A stretch of 61,579 nucleotides of DNA, the filler included. It is 9 parts of 9 records of this genome, joined end to end, with 100 filler letters (N's around TTAATTAATTAA, not from the genome) between each part and the next. Parts side by side here need not be neighbours in the genome. Positions count along the whole stretch, not along the records: positions 40,135 to 48,470 come from SRR7504441_382; positions 48,571 to 61,579 come from SRR7504441_384; 7 more parts are not named here. One strand, written 5' to 3'. The position numbers were made by a program, and so were the translations under genes. Positions within the stretch are counted from its first letter, which is position 1. Each line of letters starts with the position of its first letter. The notes under the pieces were generated by a model. It was not told the DNA's origin. It saw only the letters and a program-made list of their open reading frames with translations, and made no database searches. Below, one piece after another: positions 43,201-54,267 of the stretch.

Positions 43201-46200
43201 TCTGTCTCTGCATCTGCAGCGGCTTTCATGATAGCTACTTGGTCTTTAATCGACCGAGCCTTCGCCTCAGCTTCCATTTTTGCACCACGAGAAATTTCGG
43301 CGGATGCTACGTGCGCTGAATCCCGGACCTCGTTTATAAACTCTCGAAGTGTACTCGACGCTTCCTTTGATGTAGCACCTGCTGCATGGGTCTTTGCGTG
43401 CTGACTTTGTTCAAATGCCGCCAGTGTCTTTTCAGCTTCAATAGCAGCATTTTTGCGGCTGTCTGCTGCAGCTTTTATTGCATCCTGCACCATGTCGCCA
43501 GCTCTTGTTCTGGCCTTGTCTATCCGAGCTGCTCGACCACTAGACTTTAAGGCATGGTAGGTGACAATCAGGGCCTTGTTTTGGGCTCTGACTGCCGCTC
43601 TTGCATCTTGCAGCTTGCGCCAGGTTCGGAGCAGCGCCCTTTGGTCGGCATCCAACTGCTGCTTAACTTGTGCTGCATGCTTGTTTGCCTTCTTTGCGTC
43701 TACAGAGGCTGAATCCGCCTGTGCCTTGCTTGCCACAGCATCGTTCTGTGCCTTTGCACCCTGCGCGTCCAAACCCATCATCTCCTCCTTCTGTTTAGTG
43801 ATAGTTTCAAACTGCTTGGCCAACTTGGCTGCTGCCAACTGATGTTGATACTGTGTCTTCCGAAGCTCTGTGCTAGAGCGCCTGAATTCAAGTCTTGCCT
43901 TGTTTTCGGTGTCCTCTGCCAGGCTTTTGGCCTCTAGAGCAGTACCCAGCAGCCTTTGAGCATTCTGAAGAATGGTATTTGCAGCAGCCAGCTTCTTTCG
44001 CCGCTTTGCCAGCTGATTCTTTTTGGAGGCAAGGTCAGCATTTGCTTGGGTGGCTGGAGAGTTTGGACTCTTCATAGCCGAGATTGTTTTGTCAAAATCT
44101 GCAAGCTCTGACTTGACAGACTCCTTCAACACTGCGCTTTGCTGTTCCTTGCGCTGCGCCTGGCGTTGGCCTGTTCTGGCTGCTTCCAAGTCAAGGCGCA
44201 TACCATAGAGCTTTTCAGTTTGCTCAGTCATGTGGGTGGTAGCTGCATCTTTATCTGCTACAGCTTTTTTCACAGCTGCTTTTGCCTTGTCGACTTCTTG
44301 ATTGTCTGTTTTCAGAGTCTGCCCAGTGGCCTGCTCAGATGTCTTGGACTTTTTGACTGTGGCTTCCGCCACTGCCATCTGGTTCTTCCAAGATCTCAAT
44401 TCTGCTCTGTCCTGCTCCTCACGCTTGTCTGCAGCTTCTTTAGCTTCTTCTGCATCAGCCACAGCACCTTTCCTCAGGGCTACCTTCATGTCTGCAGCTC
44501 GGAAAGCGCCGCTGGCATCAGCTAACTGCGCTTTTAAATCTTGGAGGCCTGTGGAGGAGTCTGAAATCTTAGCTTCCACCTTCGCAACCTTCTCTGAAAT
44601 CTGATCCTGCTGTGACTTGATCGTGCTGGTCTTCTCACTGGCCTCTTCCTTCTCCTCCGTGGCAGCTTCAAGCTCCTTCTCCTCTGCCTGCAGCGTTTTA
44701 GCAGCAGCATCTGCTTCTGCTTGCAGCCTTTCGAACACCATCATCAGCTTGCTGGCAATGTTTCGGGCACCAGCCACCTGCTCGTCTGCATATTGAACTT
44801 TTCCCTGCGCTGCCAGCCAAGCGGCATTCCGAACACCCACTGTCCTTGCAGCTTCATTAGCCTTGGCTTTCATATCGCTCTGATGGGCTTGGGCATCGCT
44901 CAGCAGCTCCTCCTGCTTCTGTACTTTCTCACTACCTCCATGTACCAAATGCTGTGCAGCCGCTAGTTTCTGCTTCTTATCGTCTACATTGAGCTGAGCT
45001 GCCTTTTCCTCGTCCTTGGCATCTGCGACAAGACCCTTCATTCTCCGTATCTCTTCATTACCTGCATTCTCAGCCTGAGAATGAGCCATCTTGCTCTTTT
45101 GATGCTGCTTTTTGGCTGCCTGAACTTGCGAAACTGCAGCAGCATGCACCTCCATTGCATCGTCCAGCTTTCTCTGAGCCTCAGCCATTGCTTCCTTCAA
45201 CCTGTGTTCCTCAGCGTCAGACGAGGCTAGATCATCTTGAGCAGATTTCTCCTCCTTCTCTTTTTCTTCAAGCTGTTTCTCGAATGAGGTCACTTCCGTC
45301 ATGGTCGGTGCAAGCCGCTCCTTGAGCTCCACCAGATGGTCTTGTGCCGCCTTCAGGGCCTCCGCTGCCTCCGATTTTTTGCTCTTGGCACTCAGCTTCT
45401 GGCTGCGCAAGCCTGCCAGCTGCTGGGCATGCACCTCGTCCTCGGCCTGTGCTTCTCTCTTGTTCTGAGCCGCCCTGCCTCGGACGGCTTTGAGCTCTCC
45501 TTGCTCTGTGGCCACATCAGCTGTAAGCTCCTCGAGGTTGAGCTCTTGCTGATCCCTCGCATTCTTGGCTTTCTCTAGAGAGCTTCCCAGCTGTATCACT
45601 GTCTTGGCAGAGAATGCGCCATCTCTCTTGATGGCTGCCACTTCCTTGAGCAGCTTTTTTGCGTCATCGCCTACCGCCTTGTCCTGTAGCTCATCCTTGA
45701 GTAGCTGCACGTTGGAATGATGCTTGTGCACATTGAGCACCTCGGACTGGGCGTTAGTCAGCCACTCCTGCACCTTTGCCAAGCGCTGGTTCTCATCAGC
45801 AACAGACAATTTCTGTTGTTGGATCTGGTCACTGGTTGCAGCCCTCGCAGCTTGTCGCGCTCGCTGCTTTGGGTCCTGCTCCATACTGCGCAGATCTTCT
45901 TGCGCTTGAGTAAAGGTTGCCTCAGCCGTGGTCACATTCGCATCTGCATGAGCTGCAGTATGTTTTGCTTTGCGCCAGGCTGTTTCAGCCTGTGCCTCGT
46001 CTTGCTTGCTGGCAGTGGCTTTTGAGAGAGCTTCCTTGCTCTCCTGTGAGAGGTTGATCACGTCCCTCTTCCCTTTCTCCTCTCTGGCTTCTGCAACCAC
46101 AACACTGCCTTTGGCAGTCTTGTGTTTCTGATCAGCGAAATGGTGGCTAATCCGCGCCAGCGCCAGTGCTTGCTGCTGGGCTGCGAGCTCGCCACGCACT

Positions 46201-48271
46201 TGCTTCTCTGCGTCTTTGACGTATTGTGAGAGTGCAGCATCCTCGTCGACAGACACCTGGAGCGCGCTGAAGCCCCAGCTGCCAGACTGCTTGACCGCAT
46301 CTGCAAACAGCTCAAAGCTTGAGAAGCCCCACCAGGCATCAGGACTGGCAATGTCGGATCCGAACTCGACCACGACCTCCGCGGCTGTGTGCGGCCGTGT
46401 CACACCGAAGTCCTTGTAGCAGGTGATCGCTGCGCCAGAGTCATACAGCTTGCTCGGTGCAGTGGCCGTGTCATTGGCTTTGCTCATCGAGGGAGCTTCT
46501 TTCACACCCCGGCTGCTCTGTCCTTGCACAGAGTCCGAATTGCGCAACGGGGCACCAACGAATTGCTTGAAATCCCCGCACGAGGCCACCGTGGTCTCCG
46601 ACTCAGTTGCCCACCAGGTCTCCGACTTCCCATCCTCCCCACGCACGCGGAGCCAGATCGACTGCTTGGCCCAGCTGCCAACCGCCCACACCCGGCCGTG
46701 GATCTGGAGCTTTGAATGCTCCGGGAGTGCTAGCTTCGTGTGCACTTGTCTGGGCGCGCCGCCCGGCCAGAGCCCGTGGAGCAGCCCTTTGCTGCTCTCC
46801 AGGTGGCGAGGATCGCTCCAACTGTCGGGGTCAGTGTCTCGCCCCTGCAGCAGCATCGGCGGCCCACCTGGTATCTGCTCGACTGCAACAGATATCTGCA
46901 CGATCTGCTGGTTATGCGCCCGTCGGATCTTGAGATCGTCAAAGCAGCTCGGCTGGTCGCTCAGCATCCCGCCGGTGTAGTTGGCCCAAGGGGCCTTGCA
47001 GCCCGTCTGGTCTATTCCTAGCGCACTGGACCACCACTCGGCCCCATCGACCTTGACTATGATCTTGCGCCCGGGGCAGGCCCCGACCGCCCAGGCCCGG
47101 AGCTTGAGCCCCAGGTGCACGTGCGGCGGAAGCTCAAAGCTCGAGCTCACCTGCTTCGGATCGCACGACCAGAGCCCACGGACCAGGGCTGGCCCGGCCT
47201 GGAGCGCGTTGTTGTCACTCCAGCTGTGCGCCGCGCTGTCGGACGCCCATTCGGCCATCTCCGAGGTCGGGGCCGTGGTCGGGGGCGGCGTCGGCTCCTT
47301 GGTCGGCGCCATCGTCGGGGCAGAGGTCGGCGTGATCGGCCTAGCCTCGAGCACAAGCTCGTTCAGCACGAAGCCCCCCTTGGCCGAGTCGGTCCGGTGC
47401 ACCGTCAGCTGCACCGCCGCCACCTGCGCCCGGTTAGCCCGTTGGCCGGCCGTTCGACTCACCGAGCGCACTGGCTCAAACTCTATTTGTGTCAACCCAC
47501 TCGACGAGTCGGTCTGCACCCGATCCCCGTGCACCACTCTGTACGCGAGCTTGTCGGCGCCCCGCAGCCGGAGCCCGCGCGGCGGGACCAGCGTGCCGTT
47601 GCGCAGCTTGAGCCGGATCTCGACGTCCTGGACGTGATGGTCTTGCTCGCCCACACCGCTCACCAGGGCCACTGAGATTAACTCGGCCGGGGCGGTCGGC
47701 TCGAGCTCGAACTCGGCGGTGACCGGCAGCGGCTTGGCGGAGATCCATCCGTTGTCCTTGGCATCGTCGACCTGGTCGAACGCCTGCTGGCAATGGTACT
47801 CCCGGCTGCCTCCGCCCTTCACTTCGCACTTGCTGATCTTGAGCACTTGCACCGCTGCCCCCGCATCGGCCCAGGCCGCCCAGCCGGCACACCGCTGCGC
47901 CGCGCCGCGTCCGATCGGAGCAGGTCTTCGAGGAAGCTCCTTGTCTTGGTGTCCGGTGCCGCCACGGGCCGCTTCGCTTTCGGCTTGGCTTCCGTCTCCG
48001 GCGGCGGCTTTGTTTTCGCACTCTCCGCCGCACTGGCCGGTGCCTGGCCGGCCGCCTCGCCCACCGGCCCCGAGCCAACTCGCGGCTGGCCGCCCAGCGG
48101 GGCGAGTGGCCGCCTGGGCAGGCGGGCGGGCTGGTACAAGGGCTGGACGTCGGCGGCTAGTTTGGCGAACAGCGAGTCGCCGGTCCCGACCAGCTCGACC
48201 CCCGACTCCTCCCCGCCCAGGCAGCAGCCCAAGAGCAGCACAACCGCTGCCCACCGCAGCCGGCTGCGCAT
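40275..48271 (-). CDS. Giant secreted protein (about 2650 aa): signal peptide, discoidin/galactose-binding-like domain, PT linker, two beta domains, about 1950-aa coiled coil
   Basis: MRSRLRWAAVVLLLGCCLG; a 38-nt intron near 47855-47892 joins the long ORF; AFD..DNGW..VLNELVL; PTSAPTMAPTKEPT; A/K/E/Q-rich heptads to the C-terminus; no TM anchor. Confidence 0.8.
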
Positions 48272-48470
48272 GTTTTTTTGCTTGGAAGAAGTCCAACGAC
48301 GACGTATTATTATTTCGCAGGCTCAGTCCAGGGCAGCGATGCGTCCGCGATGATGGCAATGACATGCCACGACCGGTGGGGAGCCGAGTATTGGCCGCGG
48401 TGCAAGAAGTCAAGGGAGGAGTTGAACGAGTACGAGGAGCGCGCGAAGGAGGTGGTGTAGTTTCTGACGG

Positions 48471-48570
48471 NNNNNNNNNNNNNNNNNNNNNNNNNNNNNN
48501 NNNNNNNNNNNNNNTTAATTAATTAANNNNNNNNNNNNNNNNNNNNNNNNNNNNNNNNNNNNNNNNNNNN
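48471..48570. other. Artificial contig linker
   Basis: N44-TTAATTAATTAA-N44. Confidence 0.99.
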
Positions 48571-49144
48571 CTTCTTTAGCTCGCCATCACTCTTCTCATC
48601 AAGCAGCAAATGGCCGAGGAGAAGGCCAAGAGCAGCCAAGAGCTGACCGCCGCAGAGCAGTCACTTGGAGCGCTCAAATCTGAGTTATACGGCGGTGAGA
48701 GCGACGAGGGTGGCAAGCTGAATGAGTTGAGAAAGGAGCTCGACGCGTTGCGAGATGAAGTGAAGGCGTTGATGGCTGCTGAAAAGGAAGAGAATGCCAC
48801 GCAACTGACGTCGGCGTTATCTGGCGTGCAGCAAGGGCTCGAGGCCCTTGAAGGTCAAGTGAGTGGGCTCCAAGGTGACATCGGCAGCGGTGGTGCCATA
48901 CAAGATAGGCTGGACCAGCTCAAGAGCTCAGTGCAAGGCGAGATCTCGACTGCAATTAACACTCTCGGGGTTGGAGACTCGGATGAATGATGTGAAGAAG
49001 CAATTGGATGATAACTACGAGGTTGACGAGAAAAACAAAGAGGAGACCAAGCAGTACTTTGTGCAGAATGGCGAATTCCTCGAGCAAATCCGAAAGGAGC
49101 TACAAAATTGTCAGGAGAAGGTGGCGGGGCTCGAAGGCGCTTAG
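48571..49144 (+). CDS. Coiled-coil protein fragment, 5' truncated, apparent frameshift near 48965
   Basis: The heptad pattern runs ..EISTAINTL in one frame and continues GLETRMNDVKKQL in another, with no room for an intron. Confidence 0.5.
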
Positions 49145-49254
49145 ATCGTGTCCATGCAGACGCTGAATAGACTATACATGTAGTACCCATTATTAACTCA
49201 AACGCGTTTAAAAATTTCCATTTCTTCACACACTATATCTATTATTGAATGGAC

Positions 49255-50457
49255 TCATCTCGTGTCGGCTCTGGGCCGAGTCCCCAAGGCGTTCTCTAGT
49301 AGCTCTATTTCACGATCTAAGTGGTTGATATTCTTTTGCAACACTGCACGTTGGTTGCTAGCCGGCAGTTCTTCCTGCAGCTCGCAATACTTGCTCATCT
49401 TAGCCCGCTGCTCGTCCCTCAAAATCTCCAACATCAATTCACCAGCCGACCCTTTCAGATCATCCGTTTGCGGCTCCGAGTCCTCGTCATGGTCTCTACA
49501 CGTAGGCGACTCCTGACACATGTCGAGTATCGCCTCGCGCTTGGACACGAAATAATCGAGCTGGGCCGCCTTCTCGTGCTGTCCCTCGGCTCGCAGCTTG
49601 CCGGCAAGCAATTCGGCCTCTTGGAGAACCTTGTCAGCCTGGTCGGCGGGCAGTCGGCCAATCAGAGCCTTTTCGACCTGCCTCATCACAGTATCCAGCT
49701 CCCCGCGCTTCACCTGCGGCACCGACATCTCACTCGGGTCCGGATCGTCCACCACGGCGGCCTCTGGGGACAGTGGCCCCACTCGCTGTGACAGGTCGGA
49801 GGACGTCAGTTCAGGCGCGACAGCCTCCTCTGGTGCGGCCTTAGCGCCCTCATCCTGGGGCGGATCAGGGGAAGACTCGACCGGCTCAGGCTCGCGCTGC
49901 TCCACGGCCGCACTCGGGGCCGGCTCCGGCTTCGCGCCCGGGGCCAGGATGGCCTCAAGCCTCTGAACCGCGTAAAAGTCCATGTATTCTGCCTCGGCTG
50001 CTTTCCATTCGTTCAGCCCGGCCCGGAGTGCCTCCAGCGCCGCCACCGCCTCGGCCGCATGCGCGCCCTGCTCCTGCAGCGCGGCGTTCTCCCCGGCGAG
50101 CTTCTCGCACTCGGCGCGCAGATCGGCGTTTTGACCGGCCAACCGGACCGATACCACAGAGTCCCCGCCGGCGTCGACCGCCCGGGTCTGGCTGGCGGCC
50201 GGGAGGGTCAGCGGGCTCCCGGGGGTCTGACTGCCGGTCTCGGCGAGCGGCTGCCGCGGCTCCGGGGGCGGGCTGGGCGCTATCGGCGGCCGGTCGGATT
50301 GCCGGCGGCGGGGCGGGCTGCCAGAGAGTCGTTGGACCTGCTGCCAGAAGGCGTGGGTCTGGGCCGGCGAGGGCGGCTCCGGGCTCGGGACTCCAGCCGG
50401 CCCGAACGCGTACGGGTGACTCATGGGTGTCCCCCGCCGCATTGGCGACAGCACCAT
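49255..50457 (-). CDS. Hypothetical Pro-rich and coiled-coil protein
   Basis: 400-aa ATG-initiated ORF with AT-rich sequence after the stop. Confidence 0.6.
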   Translation of the reverse strand: MVLSPMRRGTPMSHPYAFGPAGVPSPEPPSPAQTHAFWQQVQRLSGSPPRRRQSDRPPIAPSPPPEPRQPLAETGSQTPGSPLTLPAASQTRAVDAGGDSVVSVRLAGQNADLRAECEKLAGENAALQEQGAHAAEAVAALEALRAGLNEWKAAEAEYMDFYAVQRLEAILAPGAKPEPAPSAAVEQREPEPVESSPDPPQDEGAKAAPEEAVAPELTSSDLSQRVGPLSPEAAVVDDPDPSEMSVPQVKRGELDTVMRQVEKALIGRLPADQADKVLQEAELLAGKLRAEGQHEKAAQLDYFVSKREAILDMCQESPTCRDHDEDSEPQTDDLKGSAGELMLEILRDEQRAKMSKYCELQEELPASNQRAVLQKNINHLDREIELLENALGTRPRADTR

Positions 50458-50529
50458 GCCCTCCCTTGCGTTGCTGCCAGTGCGTAACGGACGAATCGCA
50501 AGATTGGGGGTATCTTGGCCATCTCGCGG

Positions 50530-51605
50530 ATGCGGCGGCTAGGTCTGGTGCTGGTGCTCGTGTGCGCGGGGTGGGCGCCGGCGGGCGGGGTGCGGACGGT
50601 CGATCCCGGGGAGGTTTCGGCCCAGGATGCCGACCAGAAGGACAAGCTGCAGGCAGCAGCCTTCACTCAGGCGGCCGGGGCGGCGGCTGACGGGGCCTAC
50701 TCTTTTTGTGTGACTCAGCCACGCTGACAGACAGCTCGGCTAGATCCATGTCTGCTTGTGTCCACTGGTGAGTGAGCTGCGACGCCTTTCCAGCCATGTT
50801 TTTAGACTGATGCCAGAGCTTGTCTGATTGAATTTTTGTTTTGGCGACGCGATCTCTGGCCTCTTTGAGGTCTTGCCTCTGCTCTGCAGACCGCTTCTTT
50901 TCAACCTCTACGTTCCGCTCGTTTATTTTGGCGATTGCTGCTGCAGCTTTTCGAATCGCCTGAGCTTGTGACTGTGCTGCCTCCATCTTCTTCAAATCCA
51001 GTTTGGACGCACCAGGGATGTCCTCCGTGGCAAGGCCACCAAGTTCGTCGTCGCCCGGGTTCACCCCAGACCACTTCTGCTGCATCTCGCTGTCAAGGCT
51101 CTTTATATTCGACGATGTGACCCCTGGGCGCTCGTAGTAATCAAAGGTCTCGCTGAACTGTACCCTTCGCTCCATCAAGTGGCAGTTGCCGCCACCCAAG
51201 GTCAGCACGGGACTGTACTGAATCCCAGTGCCAGCGTGGCTGCTTGCAACCCGAAGACTGCAGAGTGCTATTCAAAAGGCCCACGAGTACGCGCAGGCTT
51301 ACCAAGCCTACCATGTCGCTGGCAATCCTAGAGCAAAGAGTATGAGATCTGCTGCAGAGAAATGGAAACAAGCTGTTATAAGACTGAAGTCAGATGTGAT
51401 GAAGTTCCGTGAGAAGCGGCTTGCCATGCAAGGACGGCTTCAGAGCGAGAGGGACAATGTCAAGGAAATGAAGAACGAAGCAGCATGGGCGAAATCTGAT
51501 TATCAAGCGAGCCTGCACAAAGAAAAAGCGGTGAAAAAGCTGCACATAATGGCCAAAGTAACGTTGAAACGAGCCGAGAAAACTAAGCAATTGAGGCCAA
51601 GTTAG
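50530..51605 (+). CDS. Secreted coiled-coil protein gene whose segment 50716-51242 is inverted as assembled
   Basis: Signal peptide MRRLGLVLVLVCAGWA on +, helical coding block on -, then a helical block on + again; switch points coincide with the inverted repeat CAGCCACGCTG / CAGCGTGGCTG. Confidence 0.65.
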
Positions 51606-51619
51606 CGTATTAAATAAAT

Positions 51620-52132
51620 TCATGACGGCGGAGATTCATCAAGGCTGAGGCTGAAATCGAGAATACCGTCATCTACAACTCTGCTGGCGCCGGCTATGCT
51701 TTGAACAGGGAAGCACTGAAGCTGCTGCATGCTGTCCTTCCTTTTTGTCGAGCGAATGACGAGACGTCGGCAGCTGATGTTGTCTTAGCCAATTGCCTGC
51801 AGAAAGCAGCCTGTCCCGAACTGGTGATCCAAGTGCAGCAGCATCTTGGCGTGAGAGCTCCGCCGGCTGTTAATGTCTGAGTTGCACAGCCATCGCGCCT
51901 TCGTCGTCCACTCGTGCTCGCTCGCCGCCAGCGCCTTGGCCGGAACCATGCTTTTCAGCACGCTCGCATCCACCTGCGGGGGCCCCGGCGCGGCTGGGGC
52001 CTCGGCTTGTTTGACAGGGAGCAGCAGCCCGTTGCTGTGCGCGGGCGAGGAGACGCGCCAGACCACCGCCAGTGTGCCGAGCAGCAACAGCCCGCCCCCG
52101 CACAGCACGCGCTTGCCCACCTTCGGCTTCAT
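51620..52132 (-). pseudogene. Rearranged GT31 (core-1 beta-1,3-galactosyltransferase-like) gene: type II anchor on the minus strand, catalytic fragment on the plus strand
   Basis: Minus: MKPKVGKRVLCGGGLLLLGTLAVVW. Plus from 51626: RRRF..YNSAGAGYALNREALKLL..C..SAADVVLANCL (GT31 pattern GRRF..SGGAGY.LS.EAL..EDV.LG.C). The central DxD region is absent. Confidence 0.6.
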
Positions 52133-52495
52133 GCTGGCGAAGAGCTCCAGGCCTCCTTGTCAAAATTTATGATGAGTTTGGTGATTTCGATGCCTGGAGG
52201 CGGGGCAACCCTCCAGAGCCGCGAGCCGCCGAGGCGGTGCCGCTCCTTTCGGCGGCGGCTTATTCAGGTTGGCCCAGCAGCATTGGCACCATCGACGAGA
52301 TAGATAATGGTGGTCAGATGTCTCCTCCCCGACATCCACAGCTTAGATCGACCGTCGACGTCGACGCCGCGGGCTCGAAATCAATACGTTAGCGCTTTAG
52401 GACCATATGGCCATGATAATTAGATGTTGTACGGGTAAAGCCGATTCATGAACATTCAAATTCATTCGAGCATACTAACCCCTAGCCCGGGCCAG

Positions 52496-53821
52496 CTACA
52501 TGGGCGCGAGGTACGGCATTGTAAATGAACTGGGCGTGGTATGTGGGATGCTGTGTGCCATGCTTGGTGGTGTCGCCCGGATTGTCGTGCCGGCGTACGG
52601 CGTAACTAATACTGTGGGGGGTGGCTGGGTCTTCGAAGGCTGTATCCCTTGGACCACCGGCACCGGCGGGTACCCGGGCAGCGAGTATGGCACCGTGGGC
52701 ACCTGAGTAGAGTAGTTCCAGGCGCCTTGAGGAGGCTCGACCCGCCTCTGCACCGGCAGCGCCGCAAGCTGCACCATAGCCTGCGGAGGCACCACGCGCG
52801 GCGCGGCCTGAGGCGCACCGGCCTGAGCCTCGAAAGACTGCCCGCTGGGCATGCTCGGGGCAGGGCTCACTCTGCGGGGCGCCGGACGCCTGATCAGCAT
52901 ATGTGCAGGCATTGGCACTTGCTGCATCCCGGTCTGCGCCATGGTGATCTCCGGCCGTCTATCCCTGGGGTCCAGAGACCTGGGCTTGGGTCCCGGTTTC
53001 TTTAGGATAGCCCTCTGTACCGGGCATGCAGCACTCGCCATTTGCCTTTGGGCTCGGAGCCTCCTTTCCTGCCTGACCACTTCGTTCAGCTCGCGGACCA
53101 GCATCTGCCGCTTCTCCTTGATGGCCTGCTGCTGGGCCTCATAGCCGCATCGCGCCCGGTCGGCCAGGCTCTGGCTCGGGCGTTGGCCAGCTAATCCAGC
53201 TTGATCCTCAGGTGGCGGCATGTGCGAGGCCACCTCGGCCACCTGCTTCAGCGCCTTGAGGAAGTCCTGGCTCTGCGCCAGCTCTAGCCCTTGGTCCAGC
53301 TCGCCCGCCGGTTGGGAGATCGGGCTGCTGGCCCCGGGTGGTGCGACCATCTCCCGTCCACCGTCGGAGGTCAGGACCGGCACGGCCCGAGGAACAGAGT
53401 CCAGTGTCACCGGGCCCTGTTCCTCGCCGCGCATTCTGGACTTGACCACTTGCTGGAGCCGCTGGACCACTTGCTCGCCGGTCGGATCCTCCACCGCATT
53501 GTCCGGGACCACGGCCTCGTCGATCCCGATCCGCCGGCACAGTAGGGCCTTCTTCTTCATGTTCATCTTGAGCCGGCGGGCCGGCCAGCGCTTGATTCCG
53601 CATGCGCGGCATATCCGCTTGAAGATGGTCTTGCACACCCCGAACTGCTCGGAGGCCTCGATCAGGGTGAGGTGGAAGTATCGCTCAAGCACCGCCCGGT
53701 CCACCCGCAGCGGGCGCGAGCCGTCAACGTGGACCGTCCGCTCGCCGCTGAACTCGAGGTCCGTCCCGGCGTAGTCCACGTGCGGCTGGTATGCCGGGCC
53801 CTCTCGCGGGTGGCTTGGCAT
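52496..53821 (-). CDS. RWP-RK domain transcription factor
   Basis: LERYFHLTLIEASEQFGVCKTIFKRICRACGIKRWPARRL; P/Q-rich C-terminus. Confidence 0.92.
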   Translation of the reverse strand: MPSHPREGPAYQPHVDYAGTDLEFSGERTVHVDGSRPLRVDRAVLERYFHLTLIEASEQFGVCKTIFKRICRACGIKRWPARRLKMNMKKKALLCRRIGIDEAVVPDNAVEDPTGEQVVQRLQQVVKSRMRGEEQGPVTLDSVPRAVPVLTSDGGREMVAPPGASSPISQPAGELDQGLELAQSQDFLKALKQVAEVASHMPPPEDQAGLAGQRPSQSLADRARCGYEAQQQAIKEKRQMLVRELNEVVRQERRLRAQRQMASAACPVQRAILKKPGPKPRSLDPRDRRPEITMAQTGMQQVPMPAHMLIRRPAPRRVSPAPSMPSGQSFEAQAGAPQAAPRVVPPQAMVQLAALPVQRRVEPPQGAWNYSTQVPTVPYSLPGYPPVPVVQGIQPSKTQPPPTVLVTPYAGTTIRATPPSMAHSIPHTTPSSFTMPYLAPM

Positions 53822-54267
53822 CAGCGAGCGCGGGGGCCAATTGGCTCCCAAGGTTGCGAGGGGTTACGGGCAACGGCATCCTCAACGTCGGCCTTCCTCA
53901 GCCCACAAATCAGGCCGTTGTGCCCGGATTTTCTTTTAATTTCCTTTTTTGCGCCTCTGATTCTTGACCCTGCCTTTGACGCGTATGTGTATCCTGGCAC
54001 CTGCGGTCCACTGCAGCTTCGCATGCACCTCCCTTTGCACCTGGCACCTCAATGTGTGTGTGGTCGCCGGAGACACCGCGGTTGCGCGGTCTCACATGCA
54101 CCAGAGATGAATGATCTCTGTTGTGACTATGCGATCGGCGCTCAATTGGTTATCAGTTTATTGTTGATCGTTAGGTGCGCGAATCATTCTTATCGTTGAA
54201 ACGCATTAATGGTTTACAGTGTCACCGCCGCGGGATGTCAAGAGACCGACGTGGGCTAGCGGTGATC

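Noticed and set aside
4255-48570. Recurring TTAATTAATTAA flanked by Ns as a biological repeat
   Set aside because: Exactly N44-12mer-N44 each time with stops in six frames: a concatenation linker.
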